Positions 1 to 14,295 of a DNA stretch of 64,000 bases are shown piece by piece. This stretch comes from Lama glama (lineage: Eukaryota). Made by a program: the position numbers and the translations under genes. How positions within the stretch are numbered: position 1 is the first letter of the stretch; each line of letters opens with the position of its first letter. The stretch lies in NCBI GenBank assembly GCA_028534125.1, contig CM052816.1:53260001-53324000 (forward strand), read 5' to 3'. The notes under the pieces are model-generated. The model made no database searches, had not been told where the DNA came from, and worked only from the letters and a program-made list of their open reading frames with translations.

Positions 1-575
1 AATGAGATTAACTATACACTGATAATCTAGAATAAACTATAAAAAGGAAAAATTAAAACACTATTTCAGACTGTCATTTTCATTTTTTAAATATGACTAT
101 TAGATCAGCATTGTATAGTGTGTAGATTTATTTTTTAGAAAGATAATTAATTTCATTTAAATTAATTAGTTAACACATTCTCTTGGTTCAAAATTCAAAA
201 GGTAAAAAAGTATCCTGTCCCTCAGGCAAACAAATCCCTCAGTCAACCAATGTTTCAGTTCTTTTGTGTCCATTAAATATTTTTTGCATGTATAACAAAT
301 ATGTATAAACAGTCTTTGTTCCCCCCACTTAACAGAGTGGTAGTGGCCCACAGACATTGTCTCTGCCTTGTTTTTTTTTTTTTAACTTAATATATATTCA
401 CACTCACTTCATATTAAGATGAGGAACTTCCTCTTTTTTAATGGCTTAATAATATTTTATTGTATAATATACTAGGATTTATTTAACATATCCCTGCTGT
501 CTATGCTTTGCTACTTCACATAAAGCTGAAATGAATAGCTTCCCACATCAGTTATTTTGTACATTTGAATAAATA

Positions 576-2455
576 CAAGCATACCGTGTTTTATTGTGCT
601 TCCCTTTACTGTGATTCACAGACATTGCCTTTTTTACAAATGGAAGGTTCTTGGCAACCCTGTATCCAGCAATTCTCTCAGCACCATTTTTCCAACAGCA
701 TTTGCTCGCTTCACATCTCAGTGTCACATTTTGGTAATTCTTGCAATACTTCAAACTTTATTATTATTATTATTATTGTGTTTGTTATGGTGACCTTTGA
801 TCAGTGATCTTTGCTGTTACTATTGTAATTGTCTTGGGGCACCACAGACTTAGCCCCTATGAGACGACAAATTTGATAGATATTGTGTACTCTGATTGCT
901 TCACTGACCAGCCATTCCCTGTGTTCTGACTGCTCCACTGATTGGCTCTCCCTCCATCTCTCTCCGTCTCCTCAGGCCTCCTTCTCCCCAGAGACACAGC
1001 AATATTGAAATTAGGCCATTTAACAACCCTACAATGGCCTCCAAGTGTTCAAGTGAAAAGAAGAGTCACACATCTCTCAGTTTGAATGAGGAAAGTATGT
1101 CAAAAACAGAGACAGGCAGAAAGTTAGAACTTTTGCATTTAACAGTTAGCCAAGTTGTGAATGCAAAGGAAGAGTTCTTGAAGGAAATTACAAGTGCTTC
1201 TCCAGTGAACACATGGGAAGAACAGAAACAGCCTCATTGCTGATGTGGAGAAAGTTTTAGTGTTCTGGTTAGAAGATGAAACCAGCCGCAATATTCCCTT
1301 AAGCCAGTCTAATCCAGAGCAAAGCCCTAACTCTCTTCAATTCTGTGAAGGCTGAGAGAGGCAAGGAAGCTACAGAAGAAAAATCTGAAGCTTGCAGAGG
1401 TTGGTTCATGAGGTTGAAGGAAAGAAACCATCTCTATAACATAGAAGTGCAAAGTGAAGTGGCAAGTGCTGATGTAGCATCTGCAGCAAGTTGTCCAGAA
1501 GATCCAGCCGAGATCACTGATGAAGGGGCTACACTGCACAACAGATTTTCAGTGTAGATGAAACAGCCTTATAATGAAGGAAGATGCCATCTAGGGTTTT
1601 CATAGCTAGGCAGAAGTCAATGCCTGGCTTCAAAGCTTCAAAGGACAGGCTGACTCTCTTGTTAAGGGGTAATATAGCTGGTGACTTGCAGTTGAAAGTG
1701 CTCATTTACCATTCTGAAAATCCTAGGGCCCTTGAGAATTACACTAAATCTACTCTGCCTGTGCTCTATAAATGGAAAAACAAAGGCTGGTTGACAGCAC
1801 ATCTGATGACAACGTGGTTTACTGAATATTTTCAGCCTACTGTTGAGATCCACTGCTTAGAAAAAAAGAGTCCTTTCTATATAGCACTGCTCATTGACAA
1901 GGCACCCAGTCACCCAAGATCTCTGATGGAGATGTGCAAGGAAATTCGTATTTTTTTTTATGCCTGCTAACATAATATCCATTCTGCAGCCCATGGATCA
2001 AGGAGTCATTTCAATTTTCAAGCCTTATCATATAAGAAATACATTTCGTAAGGCTATAGCTGCCACTGTTAGTGATTCTTCTGATGAATCTGAGTAACGT
2101 CAATTGAAGACCTTCTGGAAAGGACGCACCATTCTAGATGCTGCTATGAACATTTGTGATTCATGGGAAGAGGTCAAAATATCAACATTAACAGGAGCTT
2201 GGAAGAAGGTGATTCCAACCCTCATGGATGACTTTGAGGGATTCAAAACTTCAGTGGAGGAAGTAACTGAAGATGTGGTAGAAATAGCAAGAGAACTAGA
2301 ATTAAGTGGGCCTGAAGATGTGACTGAATTGCTGCAATCTCAGGATAAATCTTGAGTGGATAAGGAGTTGCTTCTTATGGTTAAGCAAAGAGAATTGTTT
2401 CTTGAGATGGAATTGACTTGCAGAAGATGCTGTGAAGATCTTTGAAATGACAAAG
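576..2455 (+). mobile_element. Tigger1-like (TcMar-Tigger) DNA transposon, degenerate, 3' part missing
   Basis: Starts after TA (574-575) with CAAGCATACCGTGTTTTATTG, resembling the Tigger1 left end. Broken ORFs match a pogo/Tigger transposase: 1034 MASKCSSEKKS, 1345 [15 protein letters not shown], 1584 MPSRVFIARQKSMPGFKASKDRLTLLL, 2104 KTFWKG. Confidence 0.9.
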
Positions 2456-2982
2456 GAAATTTACCATTTTAACTAGTTCCATGTGTACAGTTCAGTAGCA
2501 TTAAATACATTCATTCTGTTGTATAAGCATTATCACCACCCATTTCTAGAGATTTAAAAATGTCTCCCCAAACTGAAACTTCAGTATCCATTAAACAGTA
2601 ACTCCCTATTTTGACCTTCCCCCATTTCCTGGCAACCAGCATTCTATTTTCAGTCTCTGAATTTGACTACTCTGGGAACCCCATATAAGTGAGAACACAC
2701 AGTATTTTTCCTTTTATGATTGGCTTATTTCACTTAGCATAATGTCTTCAAGGTTCATTCATGTTGTAGTCTGTGTCAGAATTTCCTTCCTTTTTAAGGC
2801 TAAGTTATATTTCATTGTATGTATATACTATATTTTGTTCATCCATCTATCTGTTGATTTACACTTGGGTTACTTCTACTTTTTGGCTATTGTGTATAAT
2901 GCTGCTATGAACATAGGTATATAGAAATTTAGGTTCTGTTTCAAATTTTGGGTATACCTCCACAAGTGGAATCATATAATTC

Positions 2983-3485
2983 TGCTGACAAAAAATTTAG
3001 TCAATAGTCAATCTAAAGGAGAAACAGAAAACTTTATTCAAGCCAGCCTGAAGATTGTAACCCAGGAGACAGTCTTTAGAAAACTCTGAATACTGTTCCT
3101 TTTGTTACAAGTTGAAGGCACAGTCATACACATTTTCAAGACAAAGGATCATACATCAGAATGACACACTGACATTTTGCATGAAGTTCACCAAAGATAC
3201 ATAGTCCAGATAAACTTGTACTAAGCAAGCAATAGGTCACCATGACCCCTTACAGGATCGAGAAAGGAAAAATTAATCTTCTAAGGACTTACATTACTGT
3301 TGTCAGAAGAAGGAAAAAAATATTGGTCTTTATGGTCAAACAGGCATTCCCACCTTTGAGGAGTCTGGTTAATATATAATGCAGATGCATATCACACATA
3401 AGGGAGGACCCAGTACAGATGGGGAATATGTTATGCTAATTTTTCTTGTCCTGCCTTAAGCCAAATTTTATTCCAATTTAAACCA
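2983..3485 (-). mobile_element. Solo LTR, ERV1-like
   Basis: TG...CA termini with 4-bp target site duplication (TSD) ATTC at 2979-2982 and 3486-3489. The L1 sequence resumes on both sides. Minus-strand AATAAA near 3033-3038. Confidence 0.75.
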
Positions 3486-3524
3486 ATTCTATTTCTAATT
3501 TTGTAAGGAACAGCCATACTCTTT

Positions 3525-3698
3525 GTGTGTGGGAGGTACTTATTTTTATATTTATTTATTCTTACATTTATTTATTTTTATATTCATTTATTTTTATATT
3601 TATTTATTTATTTTTAATGGAGGTCCTGGGGACTGAACCCAGGACCTCATGCTTCCTAAGCTCACGGCTCTACCACTGAGCTATACCCTCCCCCCTCA
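3525..3698 (-). mobile_element. tRNA-Ala-derived SINE (Vic-1-like)
   Basis: Reverse complement GGGTATAGCTCAGTGGTAGAG...GGTTCAGTCCCCAGGACCTCCA with AT-rich tail. 17-bp TSD with 2 mismatches at 3508-3524 and 3699-3715. Confidence 0.85.
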
Positions 3699-5480
3699 GA
3701 ACTGCCAAACTCTTTCTCCATAGTAGCTATACCATTCCTGCCAAGAGTGCACACACATTCTAATTTAACCACATCCTCACTGACATTTGCTATTTTTAAT
3801 TGATACCTCATTGTGGCTTTGATTTGCTTTTTCCTAAAAGTTAGTGGTGTTGCACCTCTTCCCATATGTTGTTGGCCATTTTTATATCTTCTTTGGAGAA
3901 ATGTCTATTCAAGTCCTTTGTCCATTTTTTAATCAGAATTTCTTGAAATTGTTGAGTTGTAGGAGTTGTTCGTATGTTCTGGATATTAACCCTACTCAGG
4001 TATTTGATTTGCAAAATTTTTTTCATTCCATAGTTTGTCTTTTTTTCGTGATTCTTTGTTTTTAAGATGTTTGGGCTTAGAGTGATTTGGTGACTTGTGA
4101 AGATCACACATATCTTTATTGGACCCTTTACTGGACTTGAATATGGGTCTCTGCTCTTTACCTAATCTTTTTTTCCCACTATTTCCACTCTGTGACATCC
4201 GGTCACATCAACATAAAAAGTAGTTTGTCCTATGGCATTTGATACTGGATAGGCAAAGTACCAAGCAAGAATTGTAACTGGTCCTTCAGGTGACCCAGCC
4301 TCTTGCTACTTTCTCCTCTTCATCATCCTCTCCCATTATCCAGCGAGGATGCTTATAGAGATACAGAACACACCTGGGTGCTGGTAATTATATCAATTAG
4401 TTACTTAATGAATTAAATTTATTTTCATTATCATATCCTCCTTAAAATGTTCTATTCTGTTCCTTAAAATGCTTTTAAGAATCAGAACATGTTTTCCAAA
4501 GGCTATTTGTTTACTTTAACAACTGCTCACTATTTCACGGTGATGCCAGTTGATGGGTTTTTCTACCACATTTTAAAGAAGAGACTAATTCGATGGAGCA
4601 AGCTTCCATGCTCTCCAAATTAATCCCAATGATGCTAATAGATGCAGGCCACTGCCTTGTATGGTGCCTGACACAGACCAGGCCTCCAATTAATATTTGT
4701 CAAATAAATGTCTTGATGCTACAACGAAGGGAGAGGATTTGTAGGGAAAGTGGGCTCAACTGCTTCTTGACTTAGCAGGGGAAATGGAGCTGCGTTTTCT
4801 AAACTTATAGCCTCTGTGGAAATGGATTTTATTGCTCTCATTCTTCATGTGTGAGACTTCGGGATACAGCATCCTTGGGAGGAGGCAGGAATAAATCTTT
4901 CCAGGAGAACACAGCCAGCAAGCAGCCTTTCTGGCTGGATGTTGAAGGGAGACAAGATTTGGGCCCTTTTGATCAAAGCAACTTGCTTCCTCATTGAATT
5001 GTGAGAAGCTTTGAAAAGGGATTCTTGAAAAAACAACACTATTTGGCCTTTCGACATAAGTTCTTTTCAACAATGACCCTTGAGTAAATCCCTGGACTTT
5101 CCTGGGCCTGTTTCTTTTCATCAACAATGACAGAGTTGAACCAGAAGAGCTGTCCTACTTAGGCTCCAAAAGGCTCTATTTCTATTTCGGTAATTCAGTT
5201 GGAAAGAATATCTGGAGAAAGAAATTGAGCGGCTCTAAGAGTTATATGTAAATACTCTATTTTAAATCAGATCCTCCCAGTCACTAAAGTGTATGAAAAA
5301 CTTAAGATTCTTCCCCTCTTTAGTTTTTATTTCAATCATTACCTCTAACTTGTAATCTCTATGTATAACCTCAATTACACACTCAATATGATATACATCT
5401 CTTACATATGATTAGATTCTAATGTGGGAGCATCATAAGGGTATTTCAAATCAACTGAATATTTGATTTTTATTGGTTAA

Positions 5481-5948
5481 TGTGGCCGTGTTGTCAGACT
5501 GCCTACCAACCAGATTATCTTTCCTATGTTTAGAGGTAATTTTCCATTTTAGGAGTCTTGCTTTCCCAAGGTACAGTTCCCAAAACTCACTTTCCCAGCT
5601 TTCCTGACAGCTAAGATGTAGCAAGCCTGTGACCGAGGCCCTGCTAATCAGATACACCAATCTGAGATTTGGAGTGAGAAGCAGCGGGTGTGATAAAGCA
5701 GGCATCGGGTGGAGCCCCTCTTCTAGAATGGGTGTGGCCAGGGCAGCGGTGATGCACGGGGGTCCGTGTATCCAGGGTCAGCCATGAGGTCACCCAGGGA
5801 CTGGTTTGAATGTTGTTTATTCAGATCAGTCTGACTCTGGCCCTCCTGGAGGTTCTTTGAACTTCTGACTAACCTTTAATAAATCCTTTCCTGCTTACAT
5901 TTGATTGAGTGGATTCTGTTGCTGGCAAACAAGAACATCAACTAACAG
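5481..5948 (+). mobile_element. MaLR (MLT1-like) solo LTR
   Basis: TGTGG start and an MLT1-like end (AATAAATCCTTTCCTGCTTA...GTGGATTCTGTTG...ACTAACA). Subfamily uncertain. Confidence 0.6.
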
Positions 5949-6590
5949 AATTTATTCCAAAATAATCTCTTAAGAGTCCAGGATCTAAGTATTTCCTTTC
6001 TAAGACAAAAAACTAATCTTCGAATTATCTGTCCTTAATTTTTTTTTAGTCCATAAAATAATATGACTGATGCTTTAGTAACGGTTATTTATTCATTCGG
6101 CAAATTTTGTGCTCAGAGCTGAAAAGGATATGGTGATTAGTAAGTCACAAGCCCTGTCTCGGAAAGCTCACATCTGTCTTAAAGCTGAACGTCTATTACT
6201 GGATGACTTAATAATTACAATAGTGCCTAACGCTAATGAGTACTCACCCTGCTCCAGGCACATGTGTCAGCTCACTGAATCATCCCAGCGACTCTTGACA
6301 GTAGGTACAGCTCTTACTCCTACAGATAAGGAAAGCAAGGAGCTTCCCCGTGCTAAGCCACTTACGCATGACCACATAGCTAGTGAGCAGCAGAGCTGAG
6401 ATTCAAACTCAGGTGGTCTGGCCCCAAACTACACATCCTTAACACAACTCTATGGCAGTAAGTTTGTGTCACTGTGAGAGTTTCAGTTGAGATAAAGTTA
6501 TTTATATTTGTCATGTTTGAAACTGCTTCCCTCTTGTAAAATTGAGAAACAATCACAAGGAAAGAGTAAATTCTTCTCTCCCCTTTTATT

Positions 6591-6727
6591 TCTTTTTTTT
6601 TGGGGGGGTGATAATTAGATTGATCAATTGATTGATTTTTTAAATGGAGGTACTGGGGATTGAACCCAGACCCTCATGCATGCTAAGCACGCACTTTACC
6701 AATTGAACTATATCCTCCCTCTTCCCC
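6591..6727 (-). mobile_element. tRNA-Ala-derived SINE (Vic-1-like)
   Basis: ATGGAGGTACTGGGGATTGAACCCAG...CATGCTAAGCACGC core with a T-rich tail on the left. Confidence 0.8.
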
Positions 6728-7339
6728 CTCCCTGCTTTTATTTAAAAGGTAAAATTGATTGCCCAGATGGACCATAATCTTTCCCTCAGTTTCCTTGGGC
6801 ACAGCTGAGAGGGACTAGAACTTTCAAAAAGATGATTTAAATCCTACACCTCTCTGTCCTTGCTTTTACCTCTTTGTCGCTTATTCTCACCACAACAGCC
6901 AAAGTACTTCTGTCCCTTCTCTGTTAAAAACCCTCCTGTGTCCTCTCCTATGACTCAGAATAACAGCCAAAATCCTTGTGAAGACTGCCAACTCCTGACA
7001 TAATCTCACTTCCCTAACTTCTCAGGTCTCAGCTCCTGTGTCCTCTCCTCTCTCACTGTGTCCCCAGGAACCCTGGTTCCTTGGCTCTTTCTTGAACATG
7101 CGGGGCAAGTTGGCTTTGACCTTTCTGGACTGCTCTTCTCCAAGATATCCATGTGTTATTGTCCTTATCTACTCCAGGTTTTTTCTTGACAGTAACCTTT
7201 TTAGTAGGAACCCTCTCTAACATTTCAGCCTTATCTCACTGACATAGAGAAACAGTTAAAATGGCCATGTTGGCTTTCCTTTTTATCAGATTTCAAAATG
7301 AATGGTTTCCATATTTTAAATGGCAATGATGCATTTTTA

Positions 7340-8685
7340 TTTTATTTTTTTAATGAAATATAGTTCATTTACAATGTTGTGGTAGTTTCTGGTATATAGC
7401 AAAGTGATTAAATTATATATATATTCTTTTTCAGAATCTTTTCAATTATAGTATATTATAAGATATTATATATAGTTCCCTGTGCCATACAGTAAGACCT
7501 TCTAATTTATTTTATATACAGTAGTTTGTATCTGCTAATCCCGAACTCTTCCTTTGTCCCTCCCCCGTCCCTTTCCTGTTTGGTAACTATAAGTTTGTTT
7601 TCTGTGTCTGTGAGCCTGTTTCTGTTTTGTAAATAAGTTCATTTGTGTCATTTCTTTAGATTCTACATATAATTGATGTATGATATTTTTCTTTCTCTTT
7701 TCTGTCGTACTTCACTTAGAATGATAATCTCTAGATCCATCCATGTTTGTGCAAATGGTATTATTTCATTCTTTTTTATGGCTGAGTAGTATTCCATTGT
7801 ATGCATATACCACAGCTTCTTTATTCAGTCATCTGTTGATGGACATTTAGGTTGCTTCCATGTCTTGGTTGTCATAAATAGTGCTGCTATGAACATTGGA
7901 GTGCATGTATCTTTTTGAATTAGAATTTTCTCTGGAAATATGCCCAGGAGTGGGATTGTTGGATCATATGGTAACTCTATTTTTAGTTTTTTAAGAAATC
8001 CTCATACTGTTTTCCACAGTGTCTTTACCAATTTACATTCGTACCAACAGTATAGGAGGTTCTCCTTTCTTTACACCCTCTCCAGCATTTATTATTTGTA
8101 GACTTTTTGACAGTGGCCATTCTGGCCAGTGTGAGGTGATACCTCATTGTAGTTTTGATTTACTTTTCTCTAATAATTAGCAATGTTGAGTATCCTTTCA
8201 TGTGCCTATTGGCCATCAGTATTTCTTCTTTGGAGAAATGGGTCTTCTGCCCATTTTTTGATTTTTTTTTTTTTGAGTTGTATGAGCTGTTTGTATATTT
8301 TGGAAATAAAACCCTTGTTTATTGCATCATTTGCAGATATTTTCTCCTATTCTGTGCATTTTCATTTTGTTTATGGTTTCCTTTGCTATTCAAAAGCTTG
8401 TAAGTTTGATTAGGTCCTATTTGGATTTTTTTGCCTTTGTTTCTATTGTCTTGGGAGGCTGACCTAGGAAAACATTGCTATAATTCATGTCTGAGAATAT
8501 TTTGCCTATGTTCTCTTCTAGGAGTTTTATGGCATCATGTCTTATATTTAAGTCTTTAAGCCATCTTGAGTTAATTTTTGTGTATGATGTGAAGGAGTGT
8601 TCTAACTTCACTGATTTACATGCAGCTGTCCAACTTTCCCAACAGCCCTTGTTGAAGAGACTGTCTTTTCTCCATTGTATATTCT
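7340..8685 (-). mobile_element. 5'-truncated L1 with TSD
   Basis: Minus-strand ORF2 remnant (8417-8611 [21 protein letters not shown]) plus 3'UTR and poly(A). Perfect 14-bp TSD ATGATGCATTTTTA at 7326-7339 and 8686-8699. Confidence 0.9.
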
Positions 8686-10794
8686 ATGATGCATTTTTAA
8701 AGTTGCACTGTTTTCCAGTGCTCAGTGTGAACCCCCTCCTCTACCCTAATGCTCCCTCCATCGCCTCCAGCCAGGACCTATATTCTGCTTGTGCAGCCTG
8801 CCATTCCACTTCCTGATGGACTTTCCTGCACCAGTTTCCCCAGCTTCAGCTTCTTTAAGCCAACACAATCTGATGCTAGTCTGTCATACATCATGCATTG
8901 ATTCCTCAAAATATTTCTGGCAAGGGAATTCAACAAGGCAGCATAAGACAGTGGCTTATTCATCTTTGCATCCCTTGATCCTAGCATGGTTGGTACATTC
9001 ATTCACCCACTCATTCATTCATTCAGCACATCTTTTTTTGAATTCTATAATGTGCCAGGTACTGGGAACACAACGATTAACAAGATATTTTTTCTGCCCC
9101 TCCTAGTAGGAAACAGGCAAGCAAGTAGGAGTTCTCAACAGCATATTAAAACTTGGTTATAGTTATTCAAGATGAATGTGGGGTGCTATGGGAGGGGTGC
9201 AGTGACTGTCAGAGGTCAAGCACTAGGAATATGTTATTTGGATAGTGTAAGAATGAGTGAGTGAATAAATGCATGAATGAGTGAGTATAGTTAGTATGAA
9301 AGCACAGAACCTTCAAGGTGAGTAGTCACCATCACATGGAAAGATGCTTCTCCAATTTCACTATTTTGAAGAGGTCAGCTCGTATGAATCCATATCATAC
9401 AAAATACAACTTTTATTCCCCTCTCCCTCCTCTTCTCTGCTTTCTATTCAGACCAAATAGCAGGATGAAATAAAATGTGATTTCCAGAGTACCAGCAATG
9501 CCTTAGTCAGCCTGGCCCATCTACTTGATTAAGACTCTATTAAAATAACTCTGATGTCAGGCAAAATTGCACCCTTCTGAAATCCTTTTCAGCGTTTTCG
9601 TTATTGATTAAACAAGATATCTGCTTATCTTCAAGGCAGCTGGCTGTACAGCCAAAGTGTGTTGCTTAACTTTGCTTACGATTTTGCTTAAGGTTATCAA
9701 GTTGTGGCTGTGTTTGTGGGGAAGCAGGAGTTGTTTTCCCAGCTGAACTTCACCCCTTAGTTTCAGCAGATCTCTTCGATCCCTTCTGATGGTTTCCATG
9801 CCAGCTGCTTGCAGGTCTGTGTTGCTGATTCTACACAGCACAGCAGGGTTTATCAGAGGGCCATCTCCTCTTCTCGAAACTCCCTAGTACAGTAAACATC
9901 TGCTGTGGGGCTGGAAAGAGCTCGTTCAAGCTTGTTTTCCTTAGTTTCACTGATCTTTAACTTTTTACAGACAATTACTTTTTCCTTAATTTCCCTATAC
10001 CAAATCAGAGCCTGTAGAAATTTCATTTTTTAAGAAAAATCCTCATTTTTATGTTAAAATATTTAATGTAAATTACAAGTAGTAATTTAATATTTTAGTA
10101 TGCATCTCTCAAAAGGACAAGATTAATTCTGATTCCTTAATACTCAGTCCATATTAAATGTTCCCAATTTGCACCCCAAAGGTCTTTTATAATAGGTTTG
10201 TCAAAAGTAGGATCCAATCTAGGACCACGCATTGCATGGGTTTGTTCTATACAGGTGAGCACTCCCAACACACTGACCTGTGGAATGGCAGGCCAGCTGC
10301 CCTATAGAGTATATGATTCACCTGATTGCTTCCTTGTGGCATTGTTTGCCTTGTTCCTAGATTGCCTGTATTTCCCTTAAATTGGGAGTGAAATCCAAAG
10401 ACTAGATTGGATTCCACTCAGGCACTTCTGGCTGATGCATCATTGGTGATGGAGTGTTTCTCATTCTGTATCACAGCAGGAAATTCATGATACCTGATTT
10501 TACCACTTTTATCAGAAATCTCAATAAAAATTTTAAAACTATAAAAATTAAAAAATTTTGTATTTCATTGAAAAAGTAATAACTACCCACATTAACACAT
10601 TTAGACACTAAAAAAGATATCAGAGAAAAGGAAGTCATCCTTCTACACCATACTTTCAATCACTAGTCTCCCTCTTTTAAAAGGGAAGCGTTCCTCTCAG
10701 AAATACTCTGCATACATGACAGGAGCATATTTTCATTTAGAACACATCTGGGAGATCCTCCCATTTCAGTACATGTTAATCTCACATATTCTTT

Positions 10795-10910
10795 TTCTGG
10801 GGTGGGGGTAATTAGCTTTATTTATTTATTTTAATGGAGGCACTGGGGATTGAACCCAGGACCTCGTGCTTGCTAGGCATGCGCTCTACCACTGAGCTAT
10901 ACCCTCTGCC
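10795..10910 (-). mobile_element. tRNA-Ala-derived SINE (Vic-1-like)
   Basis: ATGGAGGCACTGGGGATTGAACCCAGGACCTCGTGC...CTCTACCACTGAGCTATACCC. Confidence 0.85.
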
Positions 10911-13166
10911 CATGCATGTATTGTTTTAATGGCTCCATGACTTATCATCCTGTAGATGTTCCATAACTAGTTCACTTAACTAGTATTTCACAGATGGATA
11001 TTTTGGTAGCTTCCAGACATAGGCTTTTGTACAAATATGAAAATAATTGTAGGTTGCATTCCTAGAAACAACATTGTTTGTCTCAGGGTGTGTGAATTCT
11101 AAATTGGAATAGATAAGGCCAGATTGCTTTCTAAATAGTTGTACAAGTTTCCACGTCTATAAAAAGCATATGTGTGATAGTGTCTTTTCCCTTACACCGT
11201 TGTCAGCATAAGGTATTATCAGTTTTTTTGGGTTTTGTCAATGACAGGTGAAGAAAGGTATCTTGTCTTCATGTATATTTATCTAATTTTGAATATGTTG
11301 CATATCTTTTCTTACACTTAATAGGTTAAGGAAATCTATTTCCTGTAGATTAAGGAAAGTCTCCCTTAGTATATCGAACTTTTTTTTTCTTATAACAACA
11401 GAACAAGAGGGAAAGAGGTTTTTCAGAAAAACTTAAATGGTTATGGACACTAGGGGAGGTGGGGAGGAAATAGTATGAGGTGCATGTAGGGGACACAGGA
11501 GCTGAGAGTTGATCCGCAGAAGTTTCCTAAGAAGGGAGAGGATCTTCTTTCTTGGAAGGGAAGAGGCAAGTTACCACATTAAGAGATAATGTGTTCAGAA
11601 TGTTCAGAAGCTGCCTGAACTCACTGTCAGTGCCAGCAGCACCTCACATCATCCTTACGAGGTACACTGTGCTTCCTGGGGTCCCTGACTCACTGCATCA
11701 TATCCTACAGCGGAAGAGTGACCAGCAGGCAAGGGTGGTGATGCTAGTACTGACCCAAGGCTTTGCTTGGTCCCTAGCTGGGTACATCTCCCTCTCACAA
11801 CACCTGTAAGCCAATAAAATGGGGTGGAGTGGCGTTCTGAATGCTAACCACATGGGTGAGTCCCCCTCACAACATCTGCATAGGTGGGAGGACGGTTGAA
11901 CTAGGGCAGCTCAAGACTCCCTTACTGGAGAAGTGGTTACTAACCCTCATTACACATTATTCCTGTTTGACTTCACCTTTGTTTAATTAATGCATACATT
12001 TAAAATTTTCTTATATGGTGAAATGTGTGAGTTTTTACTTTTATGGATTTATGTTTAAAATTTTTATTATCTCTGAACTTGTTCTAAGAGATCCAACTTT
12101 TTCTTCCCAGATGTGATGAAATGTCCAACATCATTAAACAATCCAGCTTTTCCTCAGACCTGAAATACCCCTTTATCAGACATTAACATATATGTTTTAT
12201 ATATGTGTATAATTGATCTTTTTTTATGCAAGCATCTGGTAACTTTAATTACTGAGTTATGTGTAGTGATCATATGGTAAGGCCACACTTTCCTCACTAC
12301 CTCTGTTTCTAATTTTCCCATTGCTCCTGTAGTCCCGCCCTCCACCCTTGCAATACGAACTTGAGAGTTTGCATGTGTATTTCCCCTCAGTCTTGATGAT
12401 TTTTTTCCACTGGGATTATATTGCATTTGTTAATCAGTTTAGAACAGCTTTGCTTCTAAAAGTACTGTCTTTTTTCTTTATGAGTATGTGTATAGATGTA
12501 TTCATCTTAGTTTGCACCCTTAAATTGACTTCAACAGCTTATACCTTTCTTGTTAATATTATTCCTAGACAGTTAGTCATTTTGCTGAAAATGTAAAATA
12601 GATCTTCTACTATACTTTCAAAATAGTTGTCATGTATAGAAAAAGGTAGTGATTTTGTATATAAAAATTTTTTTGATATATAAAATTTTTAACCAGCCAC
12701 TTTACTGAATTTTCCTATTATTTGTAAGAGCTTTCTAGATGACCTTCTTGAGAGTTCTAGCAATGTAACTATTTCATCTGCATAAAATACAATTTTGTCT
12801 TCACTTTTCCAATATTTTTAATGGTAATGTGTTGTCTAGTATTGTCAGACCATGGTAACAAGAGTAGGGTATTAAGTATACTTTCTTTACTGTATTTGGG
12901 GGCACAATTATTAAATTGGAGTTAGAACCACATGATTGAAATACTTTTCTTAAATATGTTTTTATTATTACCTAAGCTGTGATCCCATTACTATATAAAT
13001 TTTGAATCTCCCAGTGTAGGAAATCTGTTTTTTAAAGACTTTATTGGTTACCTCTTTGTCCCTGGGAAGTTTTACCAACTTCTATCTCATCAACATTCTG
13101 CTCCAAGTTGAGTGTACTACACTCAAAATGAAAACTATGTGTTTCATAAATCAAGGATGGCTTTTG

Positions 13167-13167
<1 letters not shown>

Positions 13168-13217
<50 letters not shown>

Positions 13218-13229
13218 TATATATATAAT
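13168..13229. repeat. (TA)n microsatellite
   Basis: Long TA dinucleotide run with one interruption. Confidence 0.95.
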
Positions 13230-14295
13230 AGAGAGGGGAGAAAGAGAGGGAGAGAGGGGAAAGAGAAAGAGAAGAAAGAGCCTGGAATATGATAAGTAAT
13301 ACACGTTTGTTATTATTCCAAAGAATGGTCAAAAATTTTCAAATACTCAAACACTATAAAAGGTAAATTATTTTTAATTTTATTAATTGTTGCAAATTGA
13401 TAACAGTATTTTTGAAAAAACAGGGAGAAATCAGCACATAGCAAATAGCTCAATGTAAATCAAGAAAATGTTAGACCAAGATAGATTTGAACTCTAAGTT
13501 TAAAAACGTTCTCCTAAAACTGTTTATCTATTTTTATTTATTTTAAACAACGAACAGTAAGTATTTTATGGAGTATCTATTAGTATGCTTGGCACAATGC
13601 TAAACACTTTAAAGAAAAATATATGAAGCATATTGCATGATTCTTGTCCTTAAGTAGTTTGTAATCTAGCTATTTGTGATTATAGAGACACATTAAAAAA
13701 ATTCTAGGACTTAACATCTTTAAGTAAAACTGTTTTTTGAAAGCAATCACTTTGGATGGTTATATGATTACTTCAATAATCCTGCCATTGCTCAGAATAT
13801 TTTTTGCTTCTTTTCATTTGGGATTGCCTTTGGAGTCATTATAGAAATCATTTAAGAAAGGCAGACTCACTGATTTAGTTTTAATTTAGAATGCCACCCC
13901 ATCTTCCTCCTATGCCTAGTTTAGTCACCTGAATTAATTACTGGGTTTGGTGCTCAGTGACTTCTGGTTATTTTTAAATCTCACACTCACTCTACAAGAC
14001 AAGTTTTGCTATTCATGATGACCTTCAAGGCATGCCCTGCAGCATTACTGCACAGGAAGTATCTGGAGGACCAGGAGCCTTTCTCATCATCTTTGCATCT
14101 CCTCCAGCATCCTGCTTGGCACTCAACCACAGCAGGAGTGCAGTACGCATCCTGTTTTAAATTGACAACATATTATCTGTTCAGCAGCTGGAGACATCAA
14201 GGTGGCATGAGGATAGAGGCAAGGAAGGGTTCCAAGTGGGACTTGAGGGTGATTGCTTTCCGTTCTGCTATTTCAGTGTTTTCTTTCACTATTCC

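Larger units (their letters stand above)
2458..4060 (-). mobile_element. Old L1 3' fragment, interrupted by a solo LTR and a SINE
   Basis: Antisense L1 3'UTR/ORF2 C-terminal motifs; minus-strand ORF 3841-4107 contains KKWTKDLNRHFSKEDIKMAN. Boundaries approximate. Confidence 0.8.

Noticed and set aside
1034..2355. Domesticated Tigger gene (TIGD-like)
   Set aside because: The transposase is broken into several short frames by stops and frameshifts.
13379..13542. BHMT2 polyadenylation signal (minus-strand AATAAA at 13379-13384, 13533-13538, 13537-13542)
   Set aside because: Several candidates in AT-rich DNA; none can be chosen without transcript data.
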